From NCBI GenBank assembly GCA_028824415.1, contig JAPPDX010000093.1:11370-75369 (forward strand): 64,000 bases of DNA, read 5' to 3'. This document shows positions 61,455 through 64,000 of this stretch, piece after piece. The translations under genes were made by a program, and so were the position numbers. The DNA is from a bacterium. Lineage in GTDB: Bacteria > Actinomycetota > Acidimicrobiia > Acidimicrobiales > CATQHL01. Every line of letters starts with the position of its first letter. The stretch's first letter is position 1. Below the pieces are notes generated by a model that was not told the origin of the DNA, searched no databases, and was given only the letters and a program-made list of their open reading frames with translations.

Positions 61455-62528
61455 TCAGACGCCTCCGCCCCCCATGGCCGCATGAGGGTGGTTCTCGATG
61501 AGGCCGGCAGAGGTGACCTGCACGAACGCGGCGTTGCGCCGGAACTCCTCGAGATCGGTGGCGTCGAGATAGCTCATGGCGCTCTTGACGCCACCGAGCA
61601 GTTGGTGCAGCACCTTGGAGACCTCACCCTGGTAGGGGACGAGACCTTCCACACCCTCGGGGGCACGGTGCTCGAAGTACTCGTCGTCCAGCTCGTCGCC
61701 GTGGCGTTCCGCCCGGCTCTCCACGGCCTCCCGCGAAGCCATACCCCGGATGCGCTTGACGAGCCCCTTGGCCGAGTGCTCCACCTCGCCGGGACTCTCC
61801 TTCGTGCCGGCGAACAGGCTGCCGATCATGACGGTGTCGGCACCAGCGGCGAGGGCCTTGGCGATGTCGCCGGAGGTTCGGATACCACCGTCGGCGATGA
61901 TCGGCACCCCGGCGGCACCCTTGACCGCATCGTCGATTGCGGTGAGCTGCGGCACCCCCACTCCCGCCACCAGCCGGGTCGTGCACACACCGCCGGGGCC
62001 GACCCCCACCTTGATGGCGTCGGCACCTGCGGCGGCCAGGTCGGCGGCGCCGGCAGCCGTGGCGACGTTGCCGGCCACCAACTCGACGTCCCCGAAGGCG
62101 TCCTTGAGGCGCTTCACTCCGTCGATGGCGTGAGTGGCGTGACCGTGGGCGATGTCCAGCACAAGCACGTCGGCGCCCGCGGCGACACAGCTCTTGGCGC
62201 GCTCGAGCATGTCGTGGTCGGTGCCGACGGCTACGCCGACCGGCAGATCCGCGCCTGCCAGCTTGACCTTCTCCACCTCGAGGGCATGCGCGAACGTCGG
62301 CAGGAAGCGGTGAATGATGCCGATTCCGCCGAGACGCGCCAGCGCGATCGCCATCTCGGACTCGCAAACAGTGTCCATGTTGGCCGCCACGACGGGCAGG
62401 TCCAGTTCGATGCCTGCCGAGAGCCGTGTCTTCAGGCTGACCTGGCGCCGCGAGCGCACTCGCGACCGGCGGGGCACCAACAACACGTCGTCGTAGGTCA
62501 ATCCTGTGCGCACGTCGTCCAGCGGCAT
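61455..62528 (-). CDS. IMPDH/GMP reductase family protein without CBS domains
   Basis: [41 protein letters not shown]. Confidence 0.9.
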   Translation of the reverse strand: MPLDDVRTGLTYDDVLLVPRRSRVRSRRQVSLKTRLSAGIELDLPVVAANMDTVCESEMAIALARLGGIGIIHRFLPTFAHALEVEKVKLAGADLPVGVAVGTDHDMLERAKSCVAAGADVLVLDIAHGHATHAIDGVKRLKDAFGDVELVAGNVATAAGAADLAAAGADAIKVGVGPGGVCTTRLVAGVGVPQLTAIDDAVKGAAGVPIIADGGIRTSGDIAKALAAGADTVMIGSLFAGTKESPGEVEHSAKGLVKRIRGMASREAVESRAERHGDELDDEYFEHRAPEGVEGLVPYQGEVSKVLHQLLGGVKSAMSYLDATDLEEFRRNAAFVQVTSAGLIENHPHAAMGGGGV

Positions 62529-62607
62529 GCGGGAACCTCCACAACTGCGGTCCGGGGCTTCAGCGTATGGGCCGGCGCGCCCCCGATCGCACCGGCGAGC
62601 AGACGCC

Positions 62608-63627
62608 TCAGTCTGCCACAGCGCCGGAGCGGTCCGAGAGCTCCGACGATCCGACCCGGCCGAGAAGATGGTCCGCGGCGGCACGCAGTGCTGCTGCGGC
62701 CGGCGTGTCGGGGAGATCGGTGAGCGCCGCTGCGGCGCGGTCCGCCCAGACCGATGCCGCGGCGTACGCCTCGGTGATCCCCGATCCCGAGCGAATGATC
62801 CGCCGCGCCAGGGCTGCGTCGGCCGGGCTCAGACGCGGACCGAGGATCGAACGCAACTGCTCGCCTGCCGGGGATTGGACGGCGAGCAGGACCGGCAACG
62901 TGTAGTTGCCCTCCCTCAGATCATGGCCCGCCGGCTTGCCGAGCATGTCCTCGGTGGAGATCACGTCCAGGATGTCGTCCACGATCTGGAAGGCCATCCC
63001 GTAGCTGTGCCCGAAGTCCGCCAGCGCTTCGGTGAGCGCCGGGGGCAGTCCGGCCACGATCGCCCCGACCCTGCACGAGGCGGCGAGGAGCGAAGCCGTC
63101 TTGCCGGTGATCGACAACTCGTAGTCCCGCACCGTCCGGTCGCAGTTGTAGGCGTCGTGGTACTCGCGGATCTGGCCCTCGCAGAGCCTCCCGATGGTGG
63201 CGGCGAGAAGCCCCGCCACGTCGGTGCCAAGGTCGGCGGAGATCTGGCTGGCTCGGGCCAGAAGGAAGTCACCGGCCAGGATCGCCGTGGCGTTACCCCA
63301 AGTGGCGTTGACGCTCGCCACGTTGCGGCGGGTGGTGGCGCCGTCGATCACGTCGTCGTGGTACAGCGAGCCCATGTGGACCAGCTCAACCGCCACGGCA
63401 CCGGCGACGACGTCGTCGGAGCAGCTCCGGCCCTGCGGATCGGCGATTCCCGCGGCGGCGATCGTCAGGCCGGGCCGGATGCGCTTGCCTCCGGCGCCGA
63501 TGAGGTGGCGCGCCACCGTCGACAGGAATTCCAGGTCGGAGCGGACCTCGGCGCGAAGGCGCTCCTCCACGCGATCCAGATCCGCGCTCAGGCTCGGAAG
63601 GACGAAGACCGGGTCGGTCGTTACCAC
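62608..63627 (-). CDS. Polyprenyl diphosphate synthase
   Basis: GGKRIRP, HDDVID...[11 protein letters not shown]. Confidence 0.93.
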   Translation of the reverse strand: MVTTDPVFVLPSLSADLDRVEERLRAEVRSDLEFLSTVARHLIGAGGKRIRPGLTIAAAGIADPQGRSCSDDVVAGAVAVELVHMGSLYHDDVIDGATTRRNVASVNATWGNATAILAGDFLLARASQISADLGTDVAGLLAATIGRLCEGQIREYHDAYNCDRTVRDYELSITGKTASLLAASCRVGAIVAGLPPALTEALADFGHSYGMAFQIVDDILDVISTEDMLGKPAGHDLREGNYTLPVLLAVQSPAGEQLRSILGPRLSPADAALARRIIRSGSGITEAYAAASVWADRAAAALTDLPDTPAAAALRAAADHLLGRVGSSELSDRSGAVAD

Positions 63628-63677
63628 GCTGCGAGGATAAGCCGGGATACCCCGCGACAGGCCTCACCTGTACACTT

Positions 63678-63704
63678 GGAATGACTGCGGTGGCCGCGTT
63701 GTTG
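63678..63704 (+). promoter_or_regulatory. SigR/SigH-type promoter of clpC
   Basis: GGAAT-N18-GTTG; TACACT at 63671 is a second possible -10. Confidence 0.65.
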
Positions 63705-63749
63705 GGTCTCGCGAACCAACACCGCGCCGACGCGTCGCCAGGAGGATTG

Positions 63750-64000
63750 ATGTTCGAGAGATTCACAGACCGTGCTCGCCGGGTGGTCGTGCTGGCCCAG
63801 GAGGAGGCGCGGCTGCTGAACCACAACTACATCGGCACCGAGCACATCCTGCTGGGGCTGATCCATGAGGGCGAGGGCGTGGCGGCGCGGGCTCTGGAGT
63901 CGCTGGGCATCTCTCTCGAGCGGGTACGTGAGCAGGTTGAGGAGATCATCGGCAAGGGCGGCACCCTGCCGAGCGGCCACATCCCGTTCACGCCGCGGGC
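63750..64000 (+). CDS. clpC: ATP-dependent Clp protease ATP-binding subunit, 3' truncated
   Basis: [37 protein letters not shown]; GGAGG SD. Confidence 0.95.
   Translation, partial: MFERFTDRARRVVVLAQEEARLLNHNYIGTEHILLGLIHEGEGVAARALESLGISLERVREQVEEIIGKGGTLPSGHIPFTPR

Noticed and set aside
57013-63627. Carotenoid cluster (CrtI-like plus prenyl synthase)
   Set aside because: No phytoene synthase or cyclase; the oxidoreductase is coupled to the deaminases and the synthase looks like a quinone side-chain type

Overview
High-GC actinobacterial chromosome segment; gene content and protein sequences fit Acidimicrobiia (inference). The centre (33.4-49.8 kb, minus strand) is the ribosomal superoperon rplC...secY-adk-infA-rpmJ-rpsM-rpsK-rpsD-rpoA-rplQ-truA-rplM-rpsI, here without rpsJ and map. 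It is followed by glmM-glmS(1085 aa)-acpS-nnr-alr-S58 hydrolase-CoA Nudix-aromatic amino acid decarboxylase-guaB3-guaA, then pcrA and a divergent S1-domain protein. The left arm holds an amidohydrolase, a DM13 protein, two PLP enzymes, a beta-propeller protein, LysM lipoproteins, an SGNH hydrolase, a peroxiredoxin and an ABC exporter. The right arm holds a molybdo-oxidoreductase, a quinone reductase, a secreted HNH nuclease, an orphan solute-binding protein, a purine-related cluster interrupted by a vapBC module, a polyprenyl synthase and the start of clpC. No rRNA, tRNA, CRISPR array, transposase or integrase was recognised. The most interesting observations are: an RNA polymerase alpha subunit lacking the conserved beta'-contact motif; a GMP-reductase-like gene with one intact and one degenerate deaminase; a ThnR/ThnT-like CoA-turnover pair; 'echo' duplications of gene ends at secY and nnr; a CTG start for infA; and a structured rplC leader. 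All calls come from reading motifs by eye, with no database searches.
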